Below, in pieces: positions 9,454 through 18,709 of a stretch of 32,000 bases of DNA (its first letter is position 1; every line of letters begins with the position of its first letter). Origin of the DNA: Methanopyrus kandleri AV19 (GTDB lineage: Archaea > JAADCQ01 > Methanopyri > Methanopyrales > Methanopyraceae); assembly GCF_000007185.1 (NCBI RefSeq), contig NC_003551.1, positions 780,001 to 812,000 of the forward strand, written 5' to 3'. Below the pieces are notes generated by a model. That model was not told the origin of the DNA. It ran no database searches and saw nothing but the letters and a program-made list of their open reading frames with translations. The position numbers and the translations under genes are program-made.

Positions 9454-10515
9454 CTATGAACTTACCGCTAGTTTCCTCAGATTTCGGATGTACAGGCAGG
9501 AAGTTACCAGGAAGTGGTACAGAATCGATGTTCCTAGGAGGTACCTCGCGGCGGCGTTTCCTACAGGGAGATCGGTGGTAGGTGGTGGTGGGATGAACAA
9601 CTCTCTGATACTGTACCGGCGCCCATCCTCCGCGTTGTAGTACTCCTTCGTGGTTACTATGGACACCGCTGAGGCGGTGAGAAAGCAAGCGGCCGTCGAG
9701 AGGACCATAGCTCCTTGCTTCCACGATATCAGGCACACCATCGGGCACCCGACGGCCCAGTAGTTTGGGTTCACCACCTTGGAGAACGCTAACAACGCTA
9801 GTCCGATGCACCCGGCCGCGAGTTCTGGATTCCCTCGCATTGCTAGCGGAACGACGACGGAGAGCGTCCCGACGGCGGCTTCGATCCCTGGACATCCGGG
9901 TAACAGAGTCCATATGGAACAGTTCTGAGGAGAACGGTTGACTTGAAAGATTATGACATCGTGGACGAAGTCCCAACCGTTAGCGATGAGGTAGGGTCCG
10001 CAAATTAGTACGGAAGCGAGGAGAAACGTGGGAATCGATTGCCGCCGGAGGAACGGAAGGGCGACTATACCGGCAGTTGGCTTCATCCATAACGCCGTCG
10101 CTGCGCATAAGCCGGCCAGCTTACCTTCACATACTGCGGTGGCCAGCGCCGGTACCATCGAGATAGTGTCCAGTTGCCAGAACACACACGGGTACGCCAT
10201 TGAGGCGGCGACCACCAACGTTCCGACGTTCCCAACCCCGGCTCGCCGGATCAGGTAGATGCACATTATGGCGCCGAGCCACGCCGGCACCTTCCACAAC
10301 ACTCGGAACTCCCAAGTGTGGGGGCTAAGCCCCAGTGTGTGGGTGCCGATGTACCACACGAGGGCGGGTAGCAGCGATCCTAGTGGGGGATAATGGACGT
10401 CAGTCGCCGAGTAATACGAGAGAGGACGGCTGCACACGACAGGACACCAGCGCATCCACTTCTCGAAGTCCGGCGCGTAGACCACCGTTAACAGCCACCA
10501 TAGCAGATCCTTCAT
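9454..10515 (-). CDS. Polytopic membrane protein, GT-C/DUF2029-like mannosyltransferase-type (tentative)
   Basis: Multiple hydrophobic helices; 'SYYSATDVHYPPLGSLLPALVWYIG' resembles the acidic + YPPL loop of GT-C transferases; 'LWMKPTAGIVALPFL'. Confidence 0.55.
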   Translation of the reverse strand: MKDLLWWLLTVVYAPDFEKWMRWCPVVCSRPLSYYSATDVHYPPLGSLLPALVWYIGTHTLGLSPHTWEFRVLWKVPAWLGAIMCIYLIRRAGVGNVGTLVVAASMAYPCVFWQLDTISMVPALATAVCEGKLAGLCAATALWMKPTAGIVALPFLRRQSIPTFLLASVLICGPYLIANGWDFVHDVIIFQVNRSPQNCSIWTLLPGCPGIEAAVGTLSVVVPLAMRGNPELAAGCIGLALLAFSKVVNPNYWAVGCPMVCLISWKQGAMVLSTAACFLTASAVSIVTTKEYYNAEDGRRYSIRELFIPPPPTTDLPVGNAAARYLLGTSILYHFLVTSCLYIRNLRKLAVSS

Positions 10516-10530
10516 TCCGCCACCTCCGGA

Positions 10531-10581
10531 TCAGTAGCTCGTGCCTTCCTCATCCGGCTCGGCGAAGGCCAGACTCATCAT
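10531..10581 (-). ncRNA. Candidate C/D box (2'-O-methylation guide) sRNA, 51 nt
   Basis: Minus strand: AUGAUGA (C) - GUCUGGCCUUCG (12 nt) - CCGA (D'-like) - GC - CGGAUGA (C'-like) - GGAAGGCACGAGCUA (15 nt) - CUGA (D). Lies in a 147-nt intergenic gap. Spacing and length fit archaeal C/D sRNAs. Confidence 0.6.
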
Positions 10582-10662
10582 CCCTGGAGTAAGAATCATC
10601 GAGTAAGGATCGTTATGGTTTCGATAACAATTCCAGCTGGGGGCGTAAGAAGATGTGGGGGT

Positions 10663-11670
10663 TTAGGCGAGGTACCCCGCGATCGGCGAGGCCAGCATCG
10701 TCAGCAGCTGGTCCAGAGCCTTGACCACTGGCGCCACGATCTGCGCTGCGGTCGCTACGCCCTTGTCAGCCAGGTATCCTAGCACCGTGCTCACGGTCGG
10801 TAGCGCCAGGCCGACTGCGCTAGCCTCGGTGATTACAGCTGAACCCTCTAGTCCTAGTTCCTGTGCCAGGTCTACGAGTGGGTTCTCCACGTCACCTACG
10901 CCTAGCGCGTACAGCAGCGGCGCTACTACCGCGCCCGCCATGGTGCCCACGTCGAGCATCGACAGCGTGTTCGGCATCACGTTGTGGTCCAGACCCCAAC
11001 CTGCCAGCAGGTCGGTTGCCAGCACCATCGCCGGTAGAACGGCACCTACGTCGTTCTCAGCGAACTCCCTGAGTCCTAGGTCGTCCAGGAAGTTCTGTAG
11101 GTCCGTCTTGTAGCCTAGCATGTCGCTGAGTGGGTATCCCATGAACGGGTCCAGTAGCATCAGCGCTGGCACCGCTAGCAGTAGGTCCTTGACCACGGCT
11201 CCCGCCAGGTGTGTCGGAATCGCCGGCTTCGGAGCTACTACGGTCACCTCGACGCTCTGCGTGGCGGTTCCACCGGTGATCCCGTACTGCGGTAGGTCTG
11301 GGAACTTCGCGGTCACGGTGATCGTGTGCTTACCTTCAGTCAGTTTCAGGGTCGTGCTCACGGTCCGGGTGTCTCCGAGCTTGTACGGCGGGTTGATCGT
11401 CTTCGTGTCCACTGTCTGCCCGTCGACTGCGAACGTCACCGTGGTTGGGGTGCGCTTGATCGTGTACGGGTAGTTACCCGTCCAGGTGATTGTGGCCGTC
11501 ACGGTTACGTCGGCGGTCGTCTGGCCCTTCTCCAGCTGCACTTCGGATGGTGCTTCTACGGACTGGATCTGCGGCTTGATGGTGTACTTGCCTGAGTAGA
11601 CCTTGGCTTCGGCGCCGCCCACTAGGGCGACGGCCAGCGCCACGGCCAGCGCCAGAAGCACGCGCTTCAC
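10663..11670 (-). CDS. Secreted/membrane-anchored protein: signal peptide + Ig-like beta domain + long hydrophobic C-terminal region
   Basis: 'MKRVLLALAVALAVALVGGAEA' signal peptide; 'TTADVTVTATITW...VTFAVDGQTVDTKTI...LTEGKHTITVTAKF' is CARDB/Ig-like; the C-terminus is hydrophobic Ala/Leu/Val-rich. Confidence 0.8.
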   Translation of the reverse strand: MKRVLLALAVALAVALVGGAEAKVYSGKYTIKPQIQSVEAPSEVQLEKGQTTADVTVTATITWTGNYPYTIKRTPTTVTFAVDGQTVDTKTINPPYKLGDTRTVSTTLKLTEGKHTITVTAKFPDLPQYGITGGTATQSVEVTVVAPKPAIPTHLAGAVVKDLLLAVPALMLLDPFMGYPLSDMLGYKTDLQNFLDDLGLREFAENDVGAVLPAMVLATDLLAGWGLDHNVMPNTLSMLDVGTMAGAVVAPLLYALGVGDVENPLVDLAQELGLEGSAVITEASAVGLALPTVSTVLGYLADKGVATAAQIVAPVVKALDQLLTMLASPIAGYLA

Positions 11671-11706
11671 GGCGGTTTCACCCCCAGCCTCCGGTGGTCC
11701 GGGGCG

Positions 11707-11714
11707 TTATATTA
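11707..11714 (-). promoter_or_regulatory. Putative TATA element for the 10663-11670 gene
   Basis: Minus strand AAAAAGGTAATATAACG about 37-44 nt upstream of GTG 11670, with a GGGGGTGA Shine-Dalgarno-like motif between them. Confidence 0.5.
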
Positions 11715-11740
11715 CCTTTTTGGGAATTTTCGGCATGGGC

Positions 11741-12721
11741 CTAGTCCTCAAACCCCATCATCTTCCTCAACCGCTCGCCTACCTTCTCGATTTCGTGGTT
11801 CTCTATCTCCTCCCGGAGACGCTTCATGACGATACGACCGGACTCGTTCTCGAGTGTCCACTCACGGGCGAACTCACCGCTTCGGATTTCTTCCAACACC
11901 TTCCGCATCTCCTCCTTGTTGATGATGCGCTTGCCTCTAGTGAGCCCGCCGTACTCCGCAGTGTTGGAGACGTTATCGAGCATTCCACTGAGGCCTTTCT
12001 CGTAGATCAGGTCGACGATGAGCTTCAGCTCGTGTAACGTCTCGAAGTAGGCGACCTCGGGCTGGTAACCCGCTTCGACTAGGGTCTCGAACGCGTAGAG
12101 GATCATGTACAGGACTCCACCGACTAGGTCTACCTGCTCGCCGAAAAGGTCGGTCTCCACTTCCTCCCGGAACGTCGTCTTGATCACGCCGGCGCGGGTG
12201 AACCCCATCGCCTTGGCCATGGCGAGGGCCAGGTCCATCGCCTCGCCGGTGTAGTCTTGGTGTACGGCCACTAGGGCCGGAGTACCGAATCCTTCGGTGT
12301 ACAGCTTGCGGACCATGTGTCCCGGCCCTTTCGGGGCCACCAGGATGACGTCGACGTACTCCGGGGGCTCGATGAGGCCGTAGTGGATGTTGTAGGCGTG
12401 GCTGAAGCCGAGCGCGTTCCCCTTCTCCAGATTGTCGTGGATGTGCTCGCGGTAAACCTGCGGCTGTACCTCGTCGGGGATCAGTATGTGGACCACGTCG
12501 CCGGCCTCGGCGGCTTCCGGGATCGGCAGCACTTCGAAACCGTCCTTCTTGGCCCGCTCCCAGGATGGTCCTCCCTCACGTACGCCGATGATAACGTCTA
12601 TACCGGAGTCCCGGAGGTTCTTCGCTTGGGCCTCACCCTGCGATCCGTACCCGATTACCGCCACCGTTTTGTCCTCGAGGGGTTCGAGGGAGGCGTCCTC
12701 ATCGCCGTAGATCTTGGCCAC
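11741..12721 (-). CDS. ilvC: Ketol-acid reductoisomerase (class I)
   Basis: '[21 protein letters not shown]', '[12 protein letters not shown]', 'GYTGE'-like '[13 protein letters not shown]', '[19 protein letters not shown]', '[12 protein letters not shown]'. Likely start GTG 12721 (track start 12745). Confidence 0.96.
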   Translation of the reverse strand: MAKIYGDEDASLEPLEDKTVAVIGYGSQGEAQAKNLRDSGIDVIIGVREGGPSWERAKKDGFEVLPIPEAAEAGDVVHILIPDEVQPQVYREHIHDNLEKGNALGFSHAYNIHYGLIEPPEYVDVILVAPKGPGHMVRKLYTEGFGTPALVAVHQDYTGEAMDLALAMAKAMGFTRAGVIKTTFREEVETDLFGEQVDLVGGVLYMILYAFETLVEAGYQPEVAYFETLHELKLIVDLIYEKGLSGMLDNVSNTAEYGGLTRGKRIINKEEMRKVLEEIRSGEFAREWTLENESGRIVMKRLREEIENHEIEKVGERLRKMMGFED

Positions 12722-12734
12722 CCTGTGGTCCCCC

Positions 12735-13019
12735 TCACGACCCACTCACGATGCCTTCCTTCATGAGGTCCAGGAGGCCGGCTTCCTCCAGCGCCTCCTT
12801 GACCTCCTCGTCGGACGCGCCCCGGTCGATGTCGACTTTCTCCGGTGTCGGCTCCAGGTGCTTGATGTTACAGCGACGACGCTTGACACCGGTCACGTCC
12901 TTGGGTCCTGTGATAATCACGAAATTCTCATCAACGATGTCCACGACGACACAGTACTTGCCCGCCTCTCTACCCGCGGTCTTCACGCAGATCCTTCCCA
13001 CCTCGATCGGCGCCGGCAT
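12735..13019 (-). CDS. rpl14e: 50S ribosomal protein L14e
   Basis: '[58 protein letters not shown]' is an archaeal L14e signature; ATG 13019 behind GGGGTGAT. Confidence 0.95.
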   Translation of the reverse strand: MPAPIEVGRICVKTAGREAGKYCVVVDIVDENFVIITGPKDVTGVKRRRCNIKHLEPTPEKVDIDRGASDEEVKEALEEAGLLDLMKEGIVSGS

Positions 13020-13060
13020 GCAGATCACCCCGGGGAGTTCGTCGATTGGCGACAGTAGTA

Positions 13061-14548
13061 ATGAAGAGGCTGATCGCGGTCACCTTGGTCGCCGGCTTAA
13101 CAATATTATCCTTCTGCGGATACGAATCGGTCGCAAAAGCTCCCACGTGGAAAGACGCAGAGCGCGCCTTGTATCACTACGGTCTATGCTTGGTCCTGTC
13201 AGCGTGTTCGATCCGGCGGGTTCCAGGGTACTCGTCCGTGAACATACTACTACATGGGTACTCCGGGACGTCCCCCTCTCCGGTTCCCCTCCGGTGGTGG
13301 CTCGCATGGCAGACGGCCAAAGTGATCGGCCTCTCCATACTACTTTCTGGGTTTCCGGCCCTGGAGGTGCTGAAATGGATACTCTCCGGTGATCCGAGTC
13401 GGTGGGTACTCGCCGCGGCGGTACTGTTCGGACTTGTTTTCAAGGTCCGAGCGTTCATGAGTGTACTGTCTCAGCTAGCCGTCACTATACTTGACATCTC
13501 CGAGTATCGGGCCGATAAGAGGCTCCTACAGTCCGCCTTGGTTTCTCACGGATTACGCACGATCTCGTTGCTCCTCGTGTATCTAGCCGTTGTGCTTATC
13601 ACGTACCCCGTGATCTCACTGTGTCTTCTTCCAATGATCATCACACTAGGCTGGATCGCCTGGTACCTGCACAAGATGTCGCGTCTTCCGTGGAAGGACC
13701 ACATCCAGGTGTGTCGAGTGCTCAAAAACCGCCTCAGGCCCGTCCTGGTGAGTTCCCTACTACTCTGCTCCGTAACCTTCACCTTAGGCCTGACTACGGA
13801 TTATTTTACTAACGTCAGTGTTCGAATCTGGGAGTACGTCTCGGGGGAGCACGTCAGGACGGTCCACACCCTCGTACCTGCGGTGCTCTTGGATCAAACC
13901 TCGCTGCGGCGAATCGCCGAAACACACCGGGCGGATATGTCTTTCCTAACCCTAGACGTACTGCGGGATAGGGTGGTCGTGCTCATAGGAGGGGAAAGTG
14001 GGCAAGCCACCGCCATAGATCCAAGAACCGGTAGATCGTTGGGATCACAGAAGCTGCCGCCCGAACTCCGTGAGTCGAGTGTCGAGGCTCTAACCGAGGA
14101 CCTGGAGTACGCTTATCCGTACCTTCGGGCGGGATTGCCCGTACTGTACTCTGGTAAGCTGACGGTATCCGGATGGGTCGTCGCCGACGTTTGGATACCG
14201 TTCGCCGGCTACACTCTGATGATCCCTGAAATCACGTTAGAAGTTCGGGGCAGGGGGTTCAAACCCACCGAAGCTCCGGCGTTCCCCGGCGTTGATTGGG
14301 GCATTACCTGGTATCCCGCACGTCTGGACGGTCGGATCGTTCCCGTGGTAATCCCCTCGACGGTCTGCTTCACTAGTTCCATCAGGGTGCCCGGAAGCCT
14401 CGTAATACCGCTGTACGGACCCACCGCGGTCCGAGTGTGGCTCCACCAGCCCTGTTTCATCGAGATCGAGCGTGATCGTGTATACGTACTGAAACCCGAG
14501 TACTACCCGGATGGTATCTTAATGAAAGTCGAGAAAATCCGGGTGTAG
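13061..14548 (+). CDS. Uncharacterized membrane protein with C-terminal extracytoplasmic, beta-rich domain
   Basis: Several TM segments in the N-terminal half (residues about 1-260), then a long soluble region. No recognizable family. Start ATG 13061 (track start TTG 13046). Confidence 0.75.
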   Translation: MKRLIAVTLVAGLTILSFCGYESVAKAPTWKDAERALYHYGLCLVLSACSIRRVPGYSSVNILLHGYSGTSPSPVPLRWWLAWQTAKVIGLSILLSGFPALEVLKWILSGDPSRWVLAAAVLFGLVFKVRAFMSVLSQLAVTILDISEYRADKRLLQSALVSHGLRTISLLLVYLAVVLITYPVISLCLLPMIITLGWIAWYLHKMSRLPWKDHIQVCRVLKNRLRPVLVSSLLLCSVTFTLGLTTDYFTNVSVRIWEYVSGEHVRTVHTLVPAVLLDQTSLRRIAETHRADMSFLTLDVLRDRVVVLIGGESGQATAIDPRTGRSLGSQKLPPELRESSVEALTEDLEYAYPYLRAGLPVLYSGKLTVSGWVVADVWIPFAGYTLMIPEITLEVRGRGFKPTEAPAFPGVDWGITWYPARLDGRIVPVVIPSTVCFTSSIRVPGSLVIPLYGPTAVRVWLHQPCFIEIERDRVYVLKPEYYPDGILMKVEKIRV

Positions 14549-14559
14549 GGGAAACGAGC

Positions 14560-17016
14560 GTGATAACCGTAGTGTTCACGGGGTACAAGGGTGGGAAGCT
14601 CAGGTTCGTGCTGGCAGAGGGTGACCCGGAGGACGGTGCCGAGATTTCGATCGAGGGTCACCTGGAGCTCTCCGGAGGCGGTGAACCCGTTCGAGGGGTT
14701 CTGGGCGGAGAACCGACGCCACCCGACCGCGTGTTAAGCGAGCTACAGAAAGCGGACAGGAAGATAGCCCTCCCCGACGTTGCGGAGGTGGTCGATCGAG
14801 TTCTGGGGGAGAAAATCGAGGTTAAGGAGCTCTGTCGGAGATGCCTCGCGTCCGATCGAGTGACCGTGTTGAAGCACGGGTACCGGTTCGGTGAAGTCGA
14901 AGTGTGCGGGCGCTGCGCCCGTGAGATTCTGGAGGAGGAGTTGAGGTTCCGAGTACCCGGCTTCTCCCAGACTCTTCTCGAGAAGCTCGAGAGACTCCTA
15001 CATGAGCTCCGCGACATAGATCGCGTCGTGGAGATGGTGGATCCGGCGTTCGATCCCGCCGAAGAAGAGGAGAAGACGCGGTGGGAGATTGTAGAGGCCG
15101 AGGACGAGGAGGAACACCGTCTCCCACTGACCGAGCTCGACATCCCGGAGGAATTGCGTCGAGTTCTCGAAAGGATGGGGTATCAGGAGCTGACTCCTGT
15201 CCAAACGAAGTGCGTCGAGCGAGGACTCCTCGAGGGCCGGAATCTGCTGGTCGTCTCTCCCACGGGTTCCGGTAAAACGCTGGTAGCGGAGCTCGCCGGA
15301 CTCACCGAAGTCCTCCGAGAAGGTCGTAAGATGGTTTACCTGGTACCGCTCGTGGCCCTGGCGAACCAGAAGCACCGGGAATTCATGGAAAAGTACGGAC
15401 GACCGTTAGGGATAGGTGTCAGGCTACAGGTCGGCGCGGCGAGATTGAAGGAGTTCTCTGGACCCGAACGTGGTCCGTCGCCGCGTGACGCCGACATCAT
15501 AGTCGGCACCTACGAGGGGTTCGACCTCCTCCTTCGAACTGGGGCCGTAGATCCCGACGATATCGGTGTCGTAGTAATCGACGAGGTACATACGCTGGCT
15601 GACGAGAGAGGTCCACGCTTGGACGGTCTCGTATGCAGGCTTAAGACGCTAACCGGTGCGCAGTTGTTGGGTCTCTCGGCCACCGTGGGGAACCCCGAAG
15701 AACTCGCCGAGTACTTGGATGCTGAACCGATAGTTCACAACCGCCGCCCCGTACCCCTAGAGTACCACCTCGTGATCAATCAAGATCGCCGACAGAAGTG
15801 GGATAGAATCGCCAGACTCGTGGAGTCGGAGTGGGAGACCGAGTACTCCACGGGGTATAGGGGTCAGACTATTGTCTTCACGTATTCGCGCAGAAACACA
15901 CATCGATTGGCCGATCTCCTCAATGAGAGAACGGGACTAGATGTCGCCCCTTATCACGCGGGACTCCCCTACGACCGGCGCCGCTCCATCGAACGAGCCT
16001 TCGAACGCGGTGAACTGGCCGCGGTCGTAACCACGGCAGCCCTCGGGGCCGGCGTGGATTTCCCGGCCTCGCAGGTTATCTTCGAGAGTCTGGCTATGGG
16101 TATCGAATGGCTCACACCGCGCGAATTCCAGCAGATGGCCGGTCGTGCGGGCCGACCCGGGTATCATGACCGTGGTAAAGTCGTTCTGATGGTCGAGCCG
16201 GGCCGCCGTTACCACCGTTCTCAAAGTGAGACCGAGGACAAGGTGGCTTTCACGCTCCTCGAGTCCGAACCGGAACCCGTAGAAGTCGAGTACGATGACG
16301 AGGACGAGAGAGAGCAAGTGCTTGCACACCTCGTCAGCGGGGCGGCGAAGTCTCCGGGCGAGCTCGAACGCGTATGTGACGAATCACTAGGCTTCGCTGG
16401 GGATCCGATGCGTAGGGTGAAAGAGCTCCGGGAGATGGGTTTCGTCAAAGGACTCGAGCCTACGGAGAAAGGCCGTGTCGCGGCTCGCTACTTCACGGGT
16501 CCCAGAACCGTCCACGAGCTGTCCGCCAGGGCGGGCTCGGATCCTCTGAGGGCGGTCGCCTCGGTACGTCCGTTCGAGAGGTTCCAGCTGTCACCGTCGA
16601 TCAAGCGTGCGGTAGAAAGGGTCACCCGCATGTCGGTTCCATCGAGACTGGACGACGCTCTGAGCGTGATACACTCGGAGCGGAAGGAGGTGATCGAGAG
16701 GCTTCCGCCCAAGGAGAAGCAGAAGCTGGTCTCGCTGATGAAGGAGTTAGACTGTGGGTGTGATGCCTTCCCTCACTGCGAGCACGTCAGCCAGCGCGCG
16801 TCGGAGCTCGCGCTGAAGGTGCGGCTCGAGGGGAAATCCGTGTACGCCATCCCTAGGATCTTGGAGGGCAGGTACGGGATAACGGCGTACCCTATCGACA
16901 TCGCGAACTGGTTGGAGGAGGTCGTGCGGCTCTTGGAATGTGCCGGTGAGATCGCGGAGGAACCGGAGATGGCGGCGGCCGCTGAGGCGCTGGCCGATCC
17001 GTGGTCAGAACGGTAG
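14560..17016 (+). CDS. Ski2/Hel308-like superfamily 2 DNA/RNA helicase with N-terminal Cys4 motif
   Basis: Q motif/'MGYQELTPVQTKCV', Walker A SPTGSGKT, DEVH box 'VVIDEVHT', 'LLGLSATVGNPEELAEYL', 'TTAALGAGVDFPASQVIFES', 'QQMAGRAGRPGYHDRG'; N-terminal CRRC...CGRC. Confidence 0.93.
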   Translation: MITVVFTGYKGGKLRFVLAEGDPEDGAEISIEGHLELSGGGEPVRGVLGGEPTPPDRVLSELQKADRKIALPDVAEVVDRVLGEKIEVKELCRRCLASDRVTVLKHGYRFGEVEVCGRCAREILEEELRFRVPGFSQTLLEKLERLLHELRDIDRVVEMVDPAFDPAEEEEKTRWEIVEAEDEEEHRLPLTELDIPEELRRVLERMGYQELTPVQTKCVERGLLEGRNLLVVSPTGSGKTLVAELAGLTEVLREGRKMVYLVPLVALANQKHREFMEKYGRPLGIGVRLQVGAARLKEFSGPERGPSPRDADIIVGTYEGFDLLLRTGAVDPDDIGVVVIDEVHTLADERGPRLDGLVCRLKTLTGAQLLGLSATVGNPEELAEYLDAEPIVHNRRPVPLEYHLVINQDRRQKWDRIARLVESEWETEYSTGYRGQTIVFTYSRRNTHRLADLLNERTGLDVAPYHAGLPYDRRRSIERAFERGELAAVVTTAALGAGVDFPASQVIFESLAMGIEWLTPREFQQMAGRAGRPGYHDRGKVVLMVEPGRRYHRSQSETEDKVAFTLLESEPEPVEVEYDDEDEREQVLAHLVSGAAKSPGELERVCDESLGFAGDPMRRVKELREMGFVKGLEPTEKGRVAARYFTGPRTVHELSARAGSDPLRAVASVRPFERFQLSPSIKRAVERVTRMSVPSRLDDALSVIHSERKEVIERLPPKEKQKLVSLMKELDCGCDAFPHCEHVSQRASELALKVRLEGKSVYAIPRILEGRYGITAYPIDIANWLEEVVRLLECAGEIAEEPEMAAAAEALADPWSER

Positions 17017-18327
17017 CGGTGGTGGTCCGACTCTACCCTGCTGCAGTACTCCGAGTGCCCGTTTCAACTCTCCTTCCGGATTCGTCAGGGTTGGTACCTG
17101 AACACCTAAACCTCGAGCGATTAGCGCCAGCTTTGACAGTCTCTGGGTCAGTCTGTTGAACGAATTGTAGGCGTCCATCAGTGAGTTGATCGCCAGTGCG
17201 ATACCTAGACAACGGACTATCGGTTCGTACGGTCTCACGATTTCGTCGGTGATGGTCGACGTCAGATCGGAGATCATCGACTTGAGGTCGTCTAATATCT
17301 CATTGGCGGTTTCTTCAGATATCCCCAGCTTATCGGCGTTCTTAACTATTGTTCTGAAAGTTTCAATTATACTATTCCCCGTATCCTCGGTTATTTGTCG
17401 TATAGTTTCTACTGGGTTCGTAGCAATTCTTACTCCTATCATTGCATTGTTAATATCTCTAGTGATATTACGTACATCTGATATGGTGCCGGAAACGTCT
17501 GGAACTACTGGCGACAACACTGATCCAATCCACAGTTTTATACCGTTAGAGGGTTCTACATTAATGTATCGCAGGGCGAACTTACAAACGTTTGATGCTA
17601 TAAGGACTCCGGAACTTCCCCTGATACCATTCAAGAAGTTCGCTATTGTTTTAGCAACTTCATACTTAGTATCTTCCGTTAACTTGCTCTGTGAGCTTTG
17701 GTTTGAACTCTGGTTTATAATCTGTATTGCTGAATCAATAACCGGTATAACGTCTTCAGGACTCACGGGTCTATCCTGAAGCTTAGCCATCAGTTTGCAC
17801 GTTTGAACTATGTAATTCTTAATAACATCCGGTGGTACTTCTAATTGTTCTGAAAGTGGTTGCAGCATCGAGTATAACATTGAATTCACCAACATAGGTG
17901 CCACAATGTTGAAGCCTACTTCTCCCCAGTACATCGGTGATGACAGCTTCTCGTACGTCCTATTGAACTGGTATGCTACGGGATATTTCAGCGGTAGGCC
18001 GTGGTCCACTGCGGCGGCTAACGTCAGCGCTTCGGCTCCCAGTTGGGTGAGATCCGCACCTAGCTCCTGGGTGCCCCTGTTCGGAATCGCGCAAAGAATG
18101 GCTCCTACGGCGATATAACCCAGTGCCTTAGGGGCTACCTGCGGGAGTAACTCACCGGATGCCCCTGGCGTCTGCTCCTGCTGCGTAGTCTGCTGGGTGA
18201 CTTGTTGTAACGTCCCCTGAGTACTGGTACTCACCTCCGCGGTCGGGGTAGTCGCAGTGGTATCCGCCGTCGCGGGTACCGCGAGGAATACCATCGTGAG
18301 GAGAGTGGGGAGAACTAGCCTCCTCAC
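17005..18327 (-). CDS. Predicted secreted or membrane-associated protein of unknown family; markedly low-GC core
   Basis: N-terminal signal peptide 'MRRLVLPTLLTMVFLAVPATA', Thr/Gln-rich linker, multiple hydrophobic/helical segments. ATGA overlap with the upstream ORF supports translation. Confidence 0.75.
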   Translation of the reverse strand: MRRLVLPTLLTMVFLAVPATADTTATTPTAEVSTSTQGTLQQVTQQTTQQEQTPGASGELLPQVAPKALGYIAVGAILCAIPNRGTQELGADLTQLGAEALTLAAAVDHGLPLKYPVAYQFNRTYEKLSSPMYWGEVGFNIVAPMLVNSMLYSMLQPLSEQLEVPPDVIKNYIVQTCKLMAKLQDRPVSPEDVIPVIDSAIQIINQSSNQSSQSKLTEDTKYEVAKTIANFLNGIRGSSGVLIASNVCKFALRYINVEPSNGIKLWIGSVLSPVVPDVSGTISDVRNITRDINNAMIGVRIATNPVETIRQITEDTGNSIIETFRTIVKNADKLGISEETANEILDDLKSMISDLTSTITDEIVRPYEPIVRCLGIALAINSLMDAYNSFNRLTQRLSKLALIARGLGVQVPTLTNPEGELKRALGVLQQGRVGPPPLPF

Positions 18328-18665
18328 GACTCCTTACCCTCCTTGAGGATCTCCAGTAACCTACGCATGAGCTCCGTTACCTGTTCGCCCTCAACTTCGA
18401 TGTGTCCTCTCACCCGAGTATCGAGGACTCTCTTCTCGAACTCCAGCGTGAACCCCGAGCCTCTAAACTCGCCCGATGCACTGATCTCGTACCGATCTTT
18501 CTCGTCCCATACCCTGAAACTGTATGAATCACCTTCGAGTTTGGCCTCGGTTCTGAGGTTCCGGATTAAATTCAGAGCTCTCAACGCTAGCTCTTCGGTT
18601 ATCTGGAAGCCGAGTTCGGCTACCTTTTCGGGTGTTAAGTACTTCTTCGCGAGCCTGTCGATCAA
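18324..18665 (-). CDS. Small hypothetical protein (about 113 aa)
   Basis: Open frame with an acidic/basic mixed composition typical of hyperthermophile proteins; its stop overlaps the start of the 17005-18327 gene (translational coupling). Confidence 0.7.
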   Translation of the reverse strand: MIDRLAKKYLTPEKVAELGFQITEELALRALNLIRNLRTEAKLEGDSYSFRVWDEKDRYEISASGEFRGSGFTLEFEKRVLDTRVRGHIEVEGEQVTELMRRLLEILKEGKES

Positions 18666-18709
18666 GCACCGCGACCCCCGCGCAACGAAATCGTCGGTGG
18701 TCGCCGATA

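Noticed and set aside
16730-16800. TGATGA...GTGATG pattern suggesting another C/D sRNA
   Set aside because: Inside the helicase coding sequence, with no D box (CTGA) at the required distance.
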